A stretch of 64,000 bases of DNA, taken from Marsupella aquatica. Its lineage: Eukaryota; Plantae; Marchantiophyta. The notes below the pieces were generated by a model that was given only the letters and a program-made list of their open reading frames with translations, was not told the DNA's origin and ran no database searches. Location: positions 10,272,283 through 10,336,282 of the forward strand of contig OZ316892.1 in NCBI GenBank assembly GCA_973895155.1. The letters run 5' to 3'. Below are positions 13,053 to 26,590 of the stretch, piece after piece; the first letter of the stretch is position 1; each line of letters starts with the position of its first letter. Position numbers and translations under genes: made by a program.

Positions 13053-14529
13053 CAAGAAATCTTGGCGAGAGGGCATCAATTTAGGAACGTTTAACAATCG
13101 GACATATTTTTGAACGTGCTGAGGTGGCCGGCCCTACATTTATCAGCAAGGACTTAAGTCAGCTTGTTCTAAACGAGGAACATCGAGGCAACCCTGTTGC
13201 GACGATCATCTTCGAAATTGATCGAAAGAGGGTTCACTATATCACTGTTCCGCGAGGGCTTTCCATTGCATATTACGGATATTGTTCTATAGATCACTCG
13301 GAAATTCTTAGTATCTGGAGAACATTATTTATTTGCAGCTTGCTGCAGGCTCGGTTACAGAACCAATTAAAGGGATCGATGAAGACCCTCACGGCAGAAT
13401 CAGTTAGTATCAGTCAAAACAATGTTACTGCTACATTGCACTCTCGATCTATGCAAATCTGTAGTCCACGAAAATTTCGGATCCAGCTTTCTCAAGGATT
13501 CCCCCTAGCTGCCGTCCTGAATTTGGATATTTCGTGGATGCTCCTTTGCTTGCGTACGTGTTCTTGCTTGTCCTTACTAAGTGCCAAGGTGCGTCATGGA
13601 CTTCACTGTCTCTCTCGCTCTATCGTCAGCCGTGCTACATACACAGTGGACGATAAGATGGACAATGAATTCTGAGCCCGGATTCTGAGCTGTTAATACG
13701 GACGAACTGTACTTTTTTTGCAATGGGTGATAAGCACTGGAATGTTTTCATCTCGACCGTAGATAACGCACACGTTAAATGAATTTGTTAGTGAAAGTCC
13801 TAAACCGAATCTCTCGGAAATCCGCATGTATTGTACGAGACGGTCATCAGGAACAGTGCAAGGTCCTGAGTGCATTGTATTAGAGCCAGATCGACAGGCT
13901 ACCGTGCCGTTCTGCGATATGATCTAAAATGGTACCACCTGTGCATAATTCCATAAATAATCAGGAAAATAATCAGGATGATGACTATTGTCTTGCTTTC
14001 ACTTGGTTGGATTACTCCAGTTGTAAGTCTAGGAGAGGTAACGTGGTCGTTTTTGATTCGAATGAGATTATTACACTGACAAGAAGATATGGGGGCAGTT
14101 GCGATGCTATGTTTTCTTTTCTTTGTGACCGTCCCGGCCTTCGTTTCGCTCAGCTTGGTGTGCCGTGCTGCTCACTGGGAAGTCTTTTTCACTATTTGAG
14201 ACGCTGGAAGGTGACAACTGTATTGCCACGATTTCCCAGTATGTTTGACCAATTCATATGCTTCAAGCCCGGGTTTATGACTCAGTTACGTTGACTGCAT
14301 CGGTGCATGACAGTGTAATCGGGGATCCTTCACGCTTTTAATTAATATTCTAACTCTCACCGATTCAAAGGATTCCGAATGCTTAACAACTCGGTTGCTT
14401 GATTGTGCCGAATTGCCTTAGACTGCAAGCGATTGGCTCGATCTCCTTCGGCAGGGATCCGGAATCTTGCATGAGCTCAACAGTTAAACGTACTAAGTCG
14501 GACCACCAATTCAAAGGATTTCGGGCTCA

Positions 14530-15325
14530 ATTGCTCAACTACATAACCTGATCTATAAACCGTACAGAATATCAGAAAATTGGAATGTCCCATCAAAAGT
14601 CACTACTAGATGATAAAATGATGAAGATGAACGCCTGCTCCTGGCCGGTGGGTGGTTCTGCAGCTCGTGGCATACAAGTTCGCAAGTAGGGTGCATGCGA
14701 CGTCGAGGACGAATACGTACAGCTGGAATTAAAGCGTGGCGATCTCAATTACTAAACAGTGAAATAGGTTCTTTAAGCACTGATTCGAGATGCGGCCTAT
14801 ATAAGCTCAACTACATAATCTCGTCTACAACGTGCAGACTACAAAAAATTGGCCAGCCATCAACTCAAGGGTTTACATAAATCTAACAGGTCATAAAATG
14901 AAGATAATCATACTCCTCCTGGTAGGTGGTGTCCCAGCTCGTGGCATACAAATTCGCTAGTATGTAGGTGCAAAGTGAATACAGCTGGAAAGCGTGGGTA
15001 TCTGTATTGCAAGACAGTGATCCGGGTTCCGGCCTCAATACGCTCAACAACATAATCTGATCTACAACCTGGACACTCAACAGTCACAAAATGGAAAGCC
15101 ATCAAGAGTCCCCAAAAACATTAACAGATGATAAAATGAAGAAAAACGTACTCTTCCTGGTGGGTGGTTTTCCAGCTCGTGGCATAAAAGTTCAGAAGTA
15201 GGTGCATGCTAGCTCGAGCTCGAGGGTGAGCACAGCTGGAAAGCTTAGTTGGAGATCTCAATCGTCAGTATAGACTGAGTGAGTGTCGACTACAGTGGCA
15301 GTCCACATCAAATAATCTCTACTGT
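14530..15325. repeat. Diverged ~240-270-bp tandem repeat, about 3 copies
   Basis: Recurring gctcaac.acataa.ct / ataaaatgaaga / ctcctgg..ggtggt / cagctcgtggcata / acagctggaa blocks starting near 14533, 14805 and 15042. Confidence 0.8.
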
Positions 15326-16029
15326 ATGGGAAAAGACAGATCGAAAGCGTAACACACCGCAACTACTAACACACCACAAGGAGCACTTTAATGGGATTAG
15401 AACTCAAGAGCAGGTAGTCACTTACGTCAGGGCATGTCTTGAAACAGCTGAAGATCAGGAGGGAAGACTCTTGCATTGCTTCCCTCCGAAAATTCACCTG
15501 AATTCCTTCCGAAACCCGAAGATTCTTCCCTCACTGATTTCAGGGGTTTGATGAGTTCGTTCTATTTTTAGGAAATCAAAAGTTCACTTACAGAATGAGC
15601 AACAAGCATAAAGTCAATGTAGAGTACTGTAGTTATTGGTCGGAAGCTGACGTAGATTTTTGTGACTTGGGGACAACGAAAGCTTGTCTATGCCATGTAG
15701 CAATGTAATGCCAACCTGGGTACATTATTATATGGCCTCGAAATTTTACTTTGTTTAAAATGAAGGTTGAGAAAGTTAATTTTCCATTTTTACAAACTTT
15801 TCGAACCATGAGAAAATGGTCATGATATTTTATTCTCCACAGAATTAAGTTTTATGACTTCACTTTTCTTTAAAAAACAATTAAATATTATATACATGTA
15901 CTGTAGTTACGAGATCCAAAAATCAATCCTTTAGTTTGGCTTTAGACCTCTGAATTAAAGAAAGGTCATAGAATTTGATTTTAACATATCTTTTCACTTT
16001 TACAGAGAAATATACATATACTTTTTACA

Positions 16030-17150
16030 GAAAAAGGCCAAATCGAGTACAAAAGAATAAACAAGAGAGGTCCCAAGTGGACAAAACCAAACGCAAAAGA
16101 AGTGAGCAAAAGGAAACCCTAAAAACCAAAAAAGAGGAACTAAAAGAAGTGAGCAAAAGGAAACCCCTAAAAACCAAGAAAGAGGAACTAAAACTACCGC
16201 AAATGGACCGAGGTCCTCATCATACCTAGCAAATGTGGCAACAAGCTAGTGGTCTACATCAAGTGTCGAAACTAGATCGGCAAGTGGGACAGGAATGTCC
16301 TCTAGGGGGGCTAGCCGTTGCGGAGTCACACTAGCACCCACTGTCAGAGATTGACGATAGACGGCCCGAGCTTGAGCACGCTGTAAGGTGACTGAAATGC
16401 GTTGGCGAAGGTGCGTGGTCAAAACAGATAGCGGGGCCCGGTGGGACCCATCCGGCCGTGAACATCCCGAGCAGCTTGGCAAAGAAGCCCGTCGAACTGA
16501 TGATGGAGACGCCCAAATATCTCAAGAGCAAGGGGCAGGAAGCTATTAGATGAAGCTCGTGCAGCATATTTGGCCTACTTCGTTGTTGCTGCTCGTGATG
16601 CTGCTGCCCCTGCCATTGTTGCCGCTGTTCCAATGATGTCTTGGCGCAATGGGTTTGCCACCACTACATCTGCCAAAGTACAGTGACCTTCACGGACCAT
16701 GGTAAGATCCACCCGTAACCGCTGTGATGGAGGACCAGGTAACTCGAGCACCACCTCCCGCCGCGCGCAGACCAAAGAGTCAGAGAGAACCTGAGCAGTC
16801 GCATCTCTCACAGCGTCGTGAACAAAAATGGTTTCGCCGCCCAAACTGCATCGAAGAAGATGGACACCTGTGGCATCACAAGGCTTCCCACAAGTGCAAG
16901 TAGGAGGTAAACCAGCAAGAAGGGGGTGGGGCAAGCCCATACGAAGACGCATGGCTGTCGCAAACTCCGTTGAAGACATCCGCAGGTGAGGAATGACTGG
17001 ATTGGCCTGAAGCCAGCCTCCTGCGCCCTTCCCTCCGGAAGAAAGAATCCGAGCTCGGTCTGTGTCAGGTGCCTCGGTGAGGATGCTGGAGAGGGTGAAA
17101 GCGTGCATACGCCCAGCAAGGTCTGCCTGAAGACGGACGGGGTCCAAGGA
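16030..17150 (-). mobile_element. 5'-truncated non-LTR retrotransposon with restriction-like endonuclease (CRE/R2-group-like)
   Basis: ORF 16575-17147 and its continuation to ~16246: GAGGWL.A.P, F..AMRLRMG, C-x-C...H...C zinc knuckle, HDAVRD, R.D...D-V-V-V, K..KY, FLPLALE.FG, RQRISVTLQR. One in-frame stop at 16575. T-rich 3' UTR with a 46-bp duplication at 16096-16190. Confidence 0.8.
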
Positions 17151-17760
17151 TAAAAACTCCTGGAAACCTATTCCGTTTTCTCGTGAAGTTACATTATTCC
17201 TTGTCTTAGAAACGTTTCACTCCTAGCTATAGCATATTAATTCATATATGATAAATGTAAACTGACACTATAATGTGTAATTTTACTTTTTTCTTCCTCA
17301 CTTCTGGTCTGGTCTATTTACAAAGTGTCATTCTGATCGGAAGTCTCCCCGGAGGTTGGATTATGGTGACGTAATTCCTGTCAGGAGAAGAGGTTACGAT
17401 TTCTGTAGGGGCCTGCTATAGTCATAATATGTTGTCCTGAAAAGTCTAGCCCGTAACCTCTTTCTGGGCAGGAGTTATGTACACTAGTGCAGGTCTGGGC
17501 TGGGGTTATAGACTGTAACCTACTCCCGGAATATTCAAAGAAGCTTTCCGGCTGCCGCCGGTCAGCTTCTTTTTATATTCCGGACGCAAAGTTACAGCCT
17601 AGTAACCCTACGCCCAGACCTGCATTACCCTATACATATTTCCTAAGCATGAGATGGATCCAAAGTCACTCCACCTTTTCCACAAGCCATGCAGCCCGCA
17701 GCTCTTCCCATAGCTAGATTACTCCTTGAAATCCAGTTGTGAGTTTGACTTGCCAGCTCC

Positions 17761-17924
17761 TGCAGCATCTGGTGGCCTGACCATCTCACTTATGTCCTGC
17801 AAAGTACACTCTTGCTCAACATAGCTTACTATCAACAATAGTGCAGCATCTGGTGGCCTGACCATCTCACTTATGTCCTGCAAAGTACACTCTTGCTCAA
17901 CATAGCTTACTATCAACAATAGTG
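17761..17924. repeat. Exact 81-bp tandem duplication
   Basis: tgcagcatctggtggcc...atcaacaatag at 17761-17841 and 17842-17922. Confidence 0.95.
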
Positions 17925-19229
17925 TACTAATCTCCTATAGGAAGGGGAGCTTCTCACCCAAAATCTGCTATAAACAATGGAGTTGCTGAGCCGGGGCCAC
18001 ACCAGTCACACAGTCAAATTTGACAGGGAATGTCTAAACTTGAATAGAGTCAGGGTCTCCAATGTCAGCTCTAGACTTTCAAGTTTGGAACCTGAAAGAC
18101 TATTTAACTAAAGTCTTATTACCCTTTGGAGGGTGAATTTCATGGGGCAGGGTTTCCGTTAACAAGTTCATATATAAGAAGTAATATATACCTTTTCGGG
18201 GAAAGAAGAACATTGACCCAGGCAAGGAGTTGTATATTCAATTAAAAGGCCTTGACTTGACTTGGCCACCACAACCAGGAGAAACCTATCTATGTTAACA
18301 ACTTCAAGGACCACTTTTTCTTGCCTTTCATGTACTTTGTTTTATTCCTGGTATATAAACTTTGGTCACTTGCATTCAACTTCAAGGATTAAAAAAAACA
18401 AAGCACAAAGTCGGATCTTATCAGGATAATGGAATCTCATTCAAAGCAACTAAAGCTGGAACTCCCTTTTAGGCTGTTTCTCTTCGCATGAGCTGCCAGT
18501 TATAAGGTGCAAATAGGTTCTTTAGTGCACACTCAACAGCTGGGATGACATGAAAAAACCAACCTGCAAACCAGTTGCATGGCCTTTTCAAATAGTTGAA
18601 ACTAAGTGGATCAAGGGAAACACACCTGGAAAACCAAACCCTACCAGCACAAAGAGGGTGAAGCATTCAGGTCCACAAAATTCTGCCATTTAGCTAAAGA
18701 AAAAGGCATAATATTAAGGGGGCTTTACAATAACTCAGACCCAGGTGAGACCCCCAAGTCTGGAATAGGATCATAACAAATGTATTCAAATATGGTAACA
18801 TGCCAAATTTGCTTTAAGGTTGCTCTCGTTTTGGGGGCATATTCTTATTCTTTTCCTCTAGAAAAAAAATTAGAGCTTTGTACAAGTAGAAAGTGCAATT
18901 GGCTTTACAAGAACTTGGGGGCTCATTCATGCCTGTGTCTTATCAACCCGACATAAATGGGCCCAATTAAATGCTAAGTGGAGTGCTTATTTTGTCCACA
19001 AATTTAGACCACGTGGAGTGGTGGTCCATACATTTATAAACTTTGGCTCCATCTTTCAAGGGATTTGCTTTTATTAATTGTTAAAGTTTGTTTCAAGAAT
19101 CTTTTGTAAGTACTCTATGTTTAGAAAAAGACATGATGAGTTGATGACCCTCTAGTTTGCTTTGGCGACGAAAGCTCGGAACTGCCCCCCACGGGCTTGT
19201 AAAACTACCCTTACACAAACCTGCCTAGC

Positions 19230-19760
19230 GGCCCCAGTTTGGACTTGTCGGACAAATAGCAGTATTTACGAAGACAAAAGACATATGTCGTCCCGGTCAC
19301 TCCCGGTCGATCCCAGCCCGGCCCGGCCCGGTCTCCCCACCCTCCCCCCCCCCGCCCCGGCCACCCAATCCTGCCCAAGCCTTCCTCCCCACCCCCCGCC
19401 CCCCCCCGCCCCGGCCTCCCTCCCCGGCCCGGCCAGGTCTCCCGACCCTCCCTCCCCTCCCTCCCCATCCTCCCCCCCGCCCCCCCCCCCCCCCCCCCCG
19501 GCCTCCCTCCCCTCCCCACCCCCCGCCCCGCCAGGCCAGGCCGGGCCGGAGGGTTTTAGGACCTGGCCGGGAAGAAATTTGACCAGGCCGGGAGAGTGTG
19601 GCGCTTGGCCGGGAGGGGTCAGGAGAATTTGACACCGGGCCGGGGAATATAAGGGAATATTGGACAAACGGGTGGACAAATAGACGATTTTTGGACGGAT
19701 AAGTTGTCATTTGTCGTGTCGGACAAGGACACATCTTGTCCAACAGTGAAAACCTGGCTA
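19230..19760. mobile_element. Putative non-autonomous TIR element with a poly-C/G core
   Basis: Imperfect inverted ends (cagtttggacttgtcggacaaa vs reverse complement caggttttcactgttggacaag), repeated ggacaa/ttgtc and ccggcc motifs, and a C-run core at 19310-19545. No clean TSD. Confidence 0.45.
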
Positions 19761-21283
19761 GGGGCACAATCTGGCAAAACCATTAATTATCCTAGTCCTG
19801 TGCTAATGGACCCTATATTTTGCTAAGGTGGCTGTGGTTTTGTCTTAAAGTGCCATTGTCCATGACAAAACCTGGATCCACCATTTTTAGTATATTGTTC
19901 CTCAATTTGTGGAGCAAAGTCTCACCCTACCTTACAGGAGAAGAATGTGAAAAAGGGACCTTGGACTCTTCTCCTTTTATATGGACAGTGGTGGTATAAA
20001 AAAACTTATTAGACCGCAGCTTGCTCCATTTCTATTGAGCATCTTTCATTTATTTTCTCTGGGACACGCATTTTAAGGTGTAGATGGGTGAAACAAGGAA
20101 GATTTATGCCCCAAAGTTTGTGTAAAGCCCAGTAAGAGTGCTATATATCAAGCTTTAAATTAGGGAACTCCCTAAAGAAAACAGGCATGCTAGGGAAGAA
20201 TGGCAGAAGGTCACCCACTTCAGCGAGAAACCCATGACTATGCAAGTCAAAGCATGCTCATGCCCAGCAATGATGTCGCAGCCAGATTAGTTTTAAGGTT
20301 TTCTTTTTCTTTTTCAGGGTTGCCTATTTACGTTTCCATATTCATTTCTGACTGTTAGATCTCTATAGATTTAAATAATACCTTCATATTCTGGCTAGTG
20401 GAGTGGTTTAGGGTTTAGGTGAAAGACCGGCTAAGAAAAAGACAGAAAGTATGACTACACAAGTGGCAGCTTTCTGCCAGGAGGTCAAAATTGGCAAATG
20501 TAAGCCACTAGAACAACCTCTGGTTACAGCCTCTAAACCTGTAGAAGCATCCTCCTTTTTTTGTTGTGAGTCAGCCACATTGAGAGCGCACTTGTCAGCA
20601 AGTTGAATTGCCAGTTGTATGGCTGGTTTTCCCCCTTTCGTTACCTGGAAAAAGTTGGAACGAGATACTTCACCCTTTTTTGAGGAAAAGTGGGAAACAT
20701 ACACTTCACCAAAGACTGCAAATGGTTCTGTAAGGTGATAACCAATATTGTTTGTGGTAATTTGGAAGCCAGATTTGGGGACACCAAAGCTCCCATTGAC
20801 CAAATATAACTCCCATCCACGGAAGTCACTCTGTGAAGGGCCATACATCACTTGCAATGGTGGTTTGGGTTATGTGTTTGTGACCAAAAGCGTTGATCCA
20901 CTTACACTTACACATGGTGCCAGGGATTTTGGAAAGAACTTCTCCTGCACAGGGTTACTAAAAAAACAATTCAATGGTTTCATCAGTTCTTGGGACTGCA
21001 GTTGCCCTATCTGGAGACAGGCGAGACAGACACAGGCGCGCAGGCGGCAGCTAGATGACCCGCTCCAGGGCTTACTCCAAAGGTCTACCAGACTTTTCAG
21101 TTTATTACTCAATAGTGCTTTAGGTTTTGTGTCGGTGATGGGACTCTTGGGCATTTGGCTCTTGGTCTTCATGTTTTTTTCTCCAAATTTCTCCCCTTTG
21201 TTTGGTCTCCTGGCTCTCCTGCCTTTGGGATCCTGTCCATGGTTAGGAGCCTTTGGTTTTGCCGCACCATGATAAATAGTGGT

Positions 21284-21656
21284 TATTAGGGTGTCTCAAA
21301 GCTGAGTCATTAGTGAAAGTGACAGATGTGGTACATCCTATAACTCCGATTATGAGACCTAGTTATGAAATTTTAAAATGGGAGTTAGCATTGACCCACC
21401 CCATAAGGCAAGAGTTATGGTCTCACTTGTCTCATAGCCTATATCATTTTCCCCTCCATTCTTGATTAGCCGTGTCTTCATTGTGAATTCTCGAGTCCCA
21501 GATTTCCAGATTTGTGCCTACAATTATAGGAAAGTTATGGGTTAAGTGTTGAACCCACAGGTGGTGTTCCTGAGGGTAGCTGAAAATAGGCTCCCATAAC
21601 TTTTAGTTATAAGAGTGCCTTATCTTGTCAACTGCACACTTTGAGACGCCCTATTG
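21284..21656. mobile_element. MITE-like element (CAATAGGG..TCTCAAAG TIR family)
   Basis: tattagggtgtctcaaag ... ctttgagacgccctattg, with further imperfect internal symmetry. The TIR matches that of 36267-36555. Confidence 0.65.
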
Positions 21657-24521
21657 AAGGAATCTCTTCTGAACTCCAGACTTTGAGGCGCCCTTTTTTT
21701 CCGACATTGCTATATGGCGAATACCTTCTACCTTATTTTGTCTTAATAGAAATATGAGTTCTGAATTTTCTTTTAAATCTGGCCTAGTGTATCATTTCAC
21801 TTTGTATTGGTTTGAATTTAACAAATTATCTAACCCCTTTAATTATATGATTTCATTTGATTTGATATGTTTTATTGTGATAGCTTATCATGTATTTGAT
21901 GAGATTTTTTTCTGTCATTCATCCTCTATTGCACGAGATGGTCAGACTCACCAGGATGCACCCAGTACAAAAACCAGAGATGCCCTGTAGGTTATATGTC
22001 CATTGGTGAAAAACTTTCCAACCCTTATGGTTTAGAGGCTAACAGGTGTCACCTAAATAGTGAATCTTTCAATAGGGCCTAAAAGTAGAGTACAAAGCTA
22101 GAGTATAAAGCTAACATACTTTTTTGTCAACCACAAAATACTATACCTCTAAGATACATTGACTTATAAGTTATGTATTTGTTTTTCACCTAAAAAGTAC
22201 GGTAGTTTCTTCACTTAAAGGTGTGCATTTTTATTCTATTTATTTATTTGATTCCCTGTTTTAATGCATTTGAATACTATGCTATAATTGCTATTCTATA
22301 TTTACATAGGATACAATTGACATTATTGTCAATAAGTTAAAATAGCTGTGTCTTAGAAGGAACATGCTATATTGAAAGAATCTCTGGTTGGAACCTATTG
22401 TAGGCTGGTAGCCCCTCTTATCCACCTGCAATCTCCTCAATAAAAAAATGCGTGCCCATGAGACGAGTGGTCCTAAAGACTAAAACACTCAGCCCTGTTC
22501 CTCAAAATGTGTCTCCTCATTGACCCAGGCGATTAGACGAGTAGACGATAAAAGCACCACTCAGCAGCTACGAGTGGGCTAGATGTAGAGTGGATTGAAG
22601 CTTTGACGGGTTGTGCTCTCGCTCAGCTGAGCATCGTATTCTGTGGGTCTCTCGTCCCAGATTCTCACCTGCAATGGACTCGTCATTCTGGAGTTCACAC
22701 ATTGATGTTGTTGATGTTTAGCAGGTGGTAGTGGAGGAGCACTTCTTCAGATAGTCCAGAAGGAGTGCTTTGGAAGTTGTCTTTCTAGGATTGGAACGAG
22801 ACGAGAGTCCGCCCATTTATGTTAATGTTTAAAGCAGGTGGTAGCAGAGGAGCTCGTCTTTACATATCGATTAGAACTTGTCTTTTCCAGGATTGGAACG
22901 ATCGTTCGTCAATTTCTGTAAAACATGAATGAGGACGTAACATATGCCAATTGGATTAAGCACCCTGTAGAACCTTTAAAGCAGCAGTTGGAAACAGAAC
23001 TGTTTGCCATTAGCTCACTTTGTGGGCCCTTAGGAGCTGTAATCTGCAATCCTGGGTTGGGCTTGCCCTATGCTTCCATTACAGCAGGGGGCATCCATTT
23101 ACCTGAGCAGTGCTGCTCTAAAATGGACTCCATAGACTCCAGCTAAAATGAGAGGAGTTCAATCTGCTTCCTCCACGCCCATCTACAATCAGTTTCACCA
23201 GCATCTCTTCCCTACTCCTCTGCGACGGGAGGGAACTTATAGAAGGGATGAAAGGCCATTGAGGGCAGCATTCTGGAAAGTCTGGGTAGCTGACGGGACA
23301 GACAGAGCAAGGGAGGAGAAGAGGAGGAAGGGGTGTGGTACGGGCTGGCCAGAGATGCAGGGAAGGGCATCTGAAAGTTTTTCTCATGTAGTGTTTAGGA
23401 AATGGCTCTTAAGTTCCACCGTTTGAGTGAATGTCATGAGGGTAATTATCGTTTTCTCAATTGGGTCTAGTTGTGATAGTTGTGAGGAGATTATCCGTAG
23501 TGTTTTGCACTATTACCGTCACAGATCCATCGTTCGTTGTATCTCGGAATCATAGTCGTCCCTACAAATAGAGAGGCTATCGCTGGGGCTGTTTTTTCAT
23601 GTTCCAGGCAAGATGATGCCGAAATTCGGAGTGAAGGAAACAGGGAGACAAGACTGATTTATAGCCAGATTTGCTGGAAGGGAGAGGAAGGAGGATTTCG
23701 TAGGGTGATACACAAATTGTCAAAGTGCAAGGGAGGATTTCATTTGCATTATATACATATCTCCCCAGTTTGCTAGGAAGATTATGGAATACTCTTCTCG
23801 TCAGCATTGGGTATAAATTTTCGAATTCAGAAAGTGGCCACACTTTTCAAGGAAAACTTCGGAAATTTTAAACAAGTGGAATTCAGAATTATCCTGGAGA
23901 TACTGGCCGAATTTTTGGAAAAAACTCTGAAAACAGACTGTCCTGCGAATTCGTAGCCACCATCTCGCTGGAGGCAGAGGAGAAAGGGCCAGTCTCGTGA
24001 GCGCCGTACATAATTCTTTTGAGGCAATATAGTGGCCGCGGAATTGTGGGGAAGAATCTGAAAACCAGCTTTTTACCTGCAAATTCGTAGCCACCATCTT
24101 GCTCAAAGCAGAGCAAGGAAGGTCCGTTGGTGTTGTACACGAATCTCTGAAGCCAGACACCGACTGCAAATTATCTGGTAAGCTTAAATTGACATCCTTG
24201 GTAGCAACTTAGTGAGACTATGATATGCTGCGGGGTAACACCTGAAGCTACTTCAAACCTGACGTTCTTCAAAGCTTTCGTGGTCATGATTGCAGCCAAC
24301 AAAGCCTGGTATTTGCATACATGACCATTCTAGTTTTCTTTCCATTCTTCAACGTCTTTGTCAAGGGTGTTCTTTCGTCTTTTGTCCCAATACTTCTACC
24401 TCTCATTGACGCAAATTATATCTTCCTCAATTTTGCACATGCAGCTCGTTATCTAACCTTGGACATATTGGCATTTGCTTGAAGACAGTCATTGCAAAGC
24501 GTTACTTTTACTTTGTGATCT

Positions 24522-24857
24522 TCTGCTTTATCTGCAGGGCTTGTCTAATTATTCATCCGGAATCTTTTAGATCCTAATTTTCAGTATTTTGTACGTCCTG
24601 ATTCGGCTTTGGCCGGGAAGACAGTTATAAAGCATTACCCTTAGTTCGTGATTATCTGCTTTATCTGCAGGGCTTGTCTAATTATTCATCCGGAATCTTT
24701 TAGATCCTAATTTTCAGTATTTTGTACGTCCTGATTTGGCTTTGACCGGGAAGACACTTATAAAGCATTACCTTTAGTTCGTGATTATCTGCTTTATCTG
24801 CAGGCTATTCTAAAAATTCATCCTGTAGATCCTGGTTTTCGGTATTTTGTACGTCCT
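24522..24857. repeat. ~133-bp tandem repeat, 2.5 copies
   Basis: tctgctttatctgcagg...tattttgtacgtcct at ~24522, ~24655 and ~24788. Confidence 0.9.
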
Positions 24858-25730
24858 CGTCACTACATTTCATCATCGGGTGCACAATCGAATGCTGTAT
24901 GTGTAGAATCTTCCTTCTCGGGTGAGTTTTTCAAACCTGCAGATGCCGCCCTGGAAAAAGTGCCAGTTTCCTCAAATGAGGCGAAATCGAGGTTGTGGTT
25001 CCGTATAGTGAGGCTTAACAACTCCGGAAGTCTCTGTTTAAGCTTGCCAGTAGAGTTGTCAGTCCTACTTTGATGTCCCCCTTTTCTGTACGCTTTGCTG
25101 ATGTGCTGCTTAGATCTACGATTCACTAGATCTCCATTGGTGGCTGGGCTCATGCTAATGGTTATGTTCGTCAAGTTTGTCAGACTGCCTGCGTTCCATT
25201 TTGTAGGATAAAGTACTTATTCAGTAGCAGCTATCGGATGTGAACGGTCGTTTACCACGTCACTTGATATGTGCTGAATAGTTTTGCTCCCTTGTCGCGG
25301 GCATGGAACATTGAAATCGGTTTTGATCTTCCTTGTACTCCCATTTCTGAATTGCTGCGTATGACGTAGGACTCTGTGTCCTGCCTGTAGGGTGAAGATT
25401 TAGGATTGAGACAATTCCACCTTTAGAGTCCCCCTTCATAAAGCAACGGACACCCTGTCAATTGCGTTTTCTTTTGGTAGATTGTATCTTTTTTTTAATT
25501 GTTTTGTGGATAACTAGAATCGTTAGTTAACTCTTGGGTAGCAAGTTGGTTTCAGTTACTACTTCGTTTTCCAATGTCCAATTTTGATTCCCCCAATGTT
25601 CTGAATTGCTCGCTTGAGCTTGGGCTACTGTGACTCGTCTTTCCCCGAACGTCTCAGACTCATTCAATGAGCTTTCTTGAAACGAGGTCAAAGATATTGA
25701 GTGAGAAGTCAACTCAAAATCCCGTTCCTA

Positions 25731-25858
25731 TTCTGAGTTCGCTCTACTGATGGGCCCCCTCAGATGAAACTCATTGTGTGATGTCCTGCATTCTGAGTTC
25801 GCTCTACTGATGGACCCCCTCAGATGAAACTCATTGTGTGATGTCCTGCATTCTGAGT
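25731..25858. repeat. 60-bp tandem duplication
   Basis: ttctgagttcgctctactgatgg.ccccctcagatgaaactcattgtgtgatgtcctgca twice, with one mismatch. Confidence 0.95.
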
Positions 25859-26104
25859 AGCGAACCTCGATCTTTGTGCTCTATCCAGTATCTCGTTGTC
25901 ATCGTAGGATGACGGCTCAGTCGTTGTCTAGCTTTGCAAGGTACCAAGGACACCAACCGTTCGGTTCTCATCGCCAAATTCCAAACCGAAAGGTTTCATT
26001 TTGGGGGCTGCAAAATGTAAATCAACCACTATAATATCTAATCCCAGCCAAAAGAAGTTGTAGATGGGCTCACTTTTGGAGGGAATCCATAAAAGTCTTC
26101 AGAT

Positions 26105-26590
26105 TCATACTCTCTTCTTGGGCCCTGGGATTATCAGAGACTAGGGTAGACTATAAACTTGAGCAAACACAATAATTACAATTCACATAAGTACATCCAG
26201 GTAGAGTGGTATAGTAGATGTAACCTGTACAGGTATAAGTGTACACTCATTTCTTGGGCCCTGGGATTTTCTGAAAATAGACTGGGGTAGACTCTAAACT
26301 TGAGCAAATACAATAATTACAATTCACACAAGTACATCCAGGTAGAGTGGTATAGTAGATGTAAGCTGTACAGGTATAAGCGTACACTCATTTCTTGGGC
26401 CCTGGGATTTTCTGAAAATAGACTTGGGTAGACTATAAACTTGAGCAAATACTATAATTACAATTCACACAAGTACATCCAGGTAGAGTGGTATAGTAGA
26501 TGTAAGCTGTACAGGTATAAGCGTACACTCATTTCTTGGGCCCTGGGATTTTCTGAAAATGGGGCAGACTATAAACTTGAGCAAATATAT
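26105..26590. repeat. ~140-bp tandem repeat, about 3.4 copies
   Basis: ttcttgggccctgggatt...aaacttgagcaaa...gtacatccaggtagagtggtatagtagatgtaa repeated. A partial echo lies at ~26912-26965. Confidence 0.95.

Noticed and set aside
13124-13675. 183-aa ORF downstream of the PADRE gene
   Set aside because: GTG start and no recognisable motifs; likely spurious.
19162-19767. Pro-rich/Gly-rich ORFs (extensin/formin-like)
   Set aside because: Open in several frames on both strands only because of C/G homopolymer runs; no real domain.
22925-25200. Possible gene or pseudogene (short ORFs, a GGTAAG donor near 24177)
   Set aside because: I could not assemble a consistent spliced frame or recognise a family.
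26105-26590. CRISPR-like array (also considered for 24522 and 28110)
   Set aside because: Whole units are repeated with no unique spacers, there are no cas genes and the context is eukaryotic.
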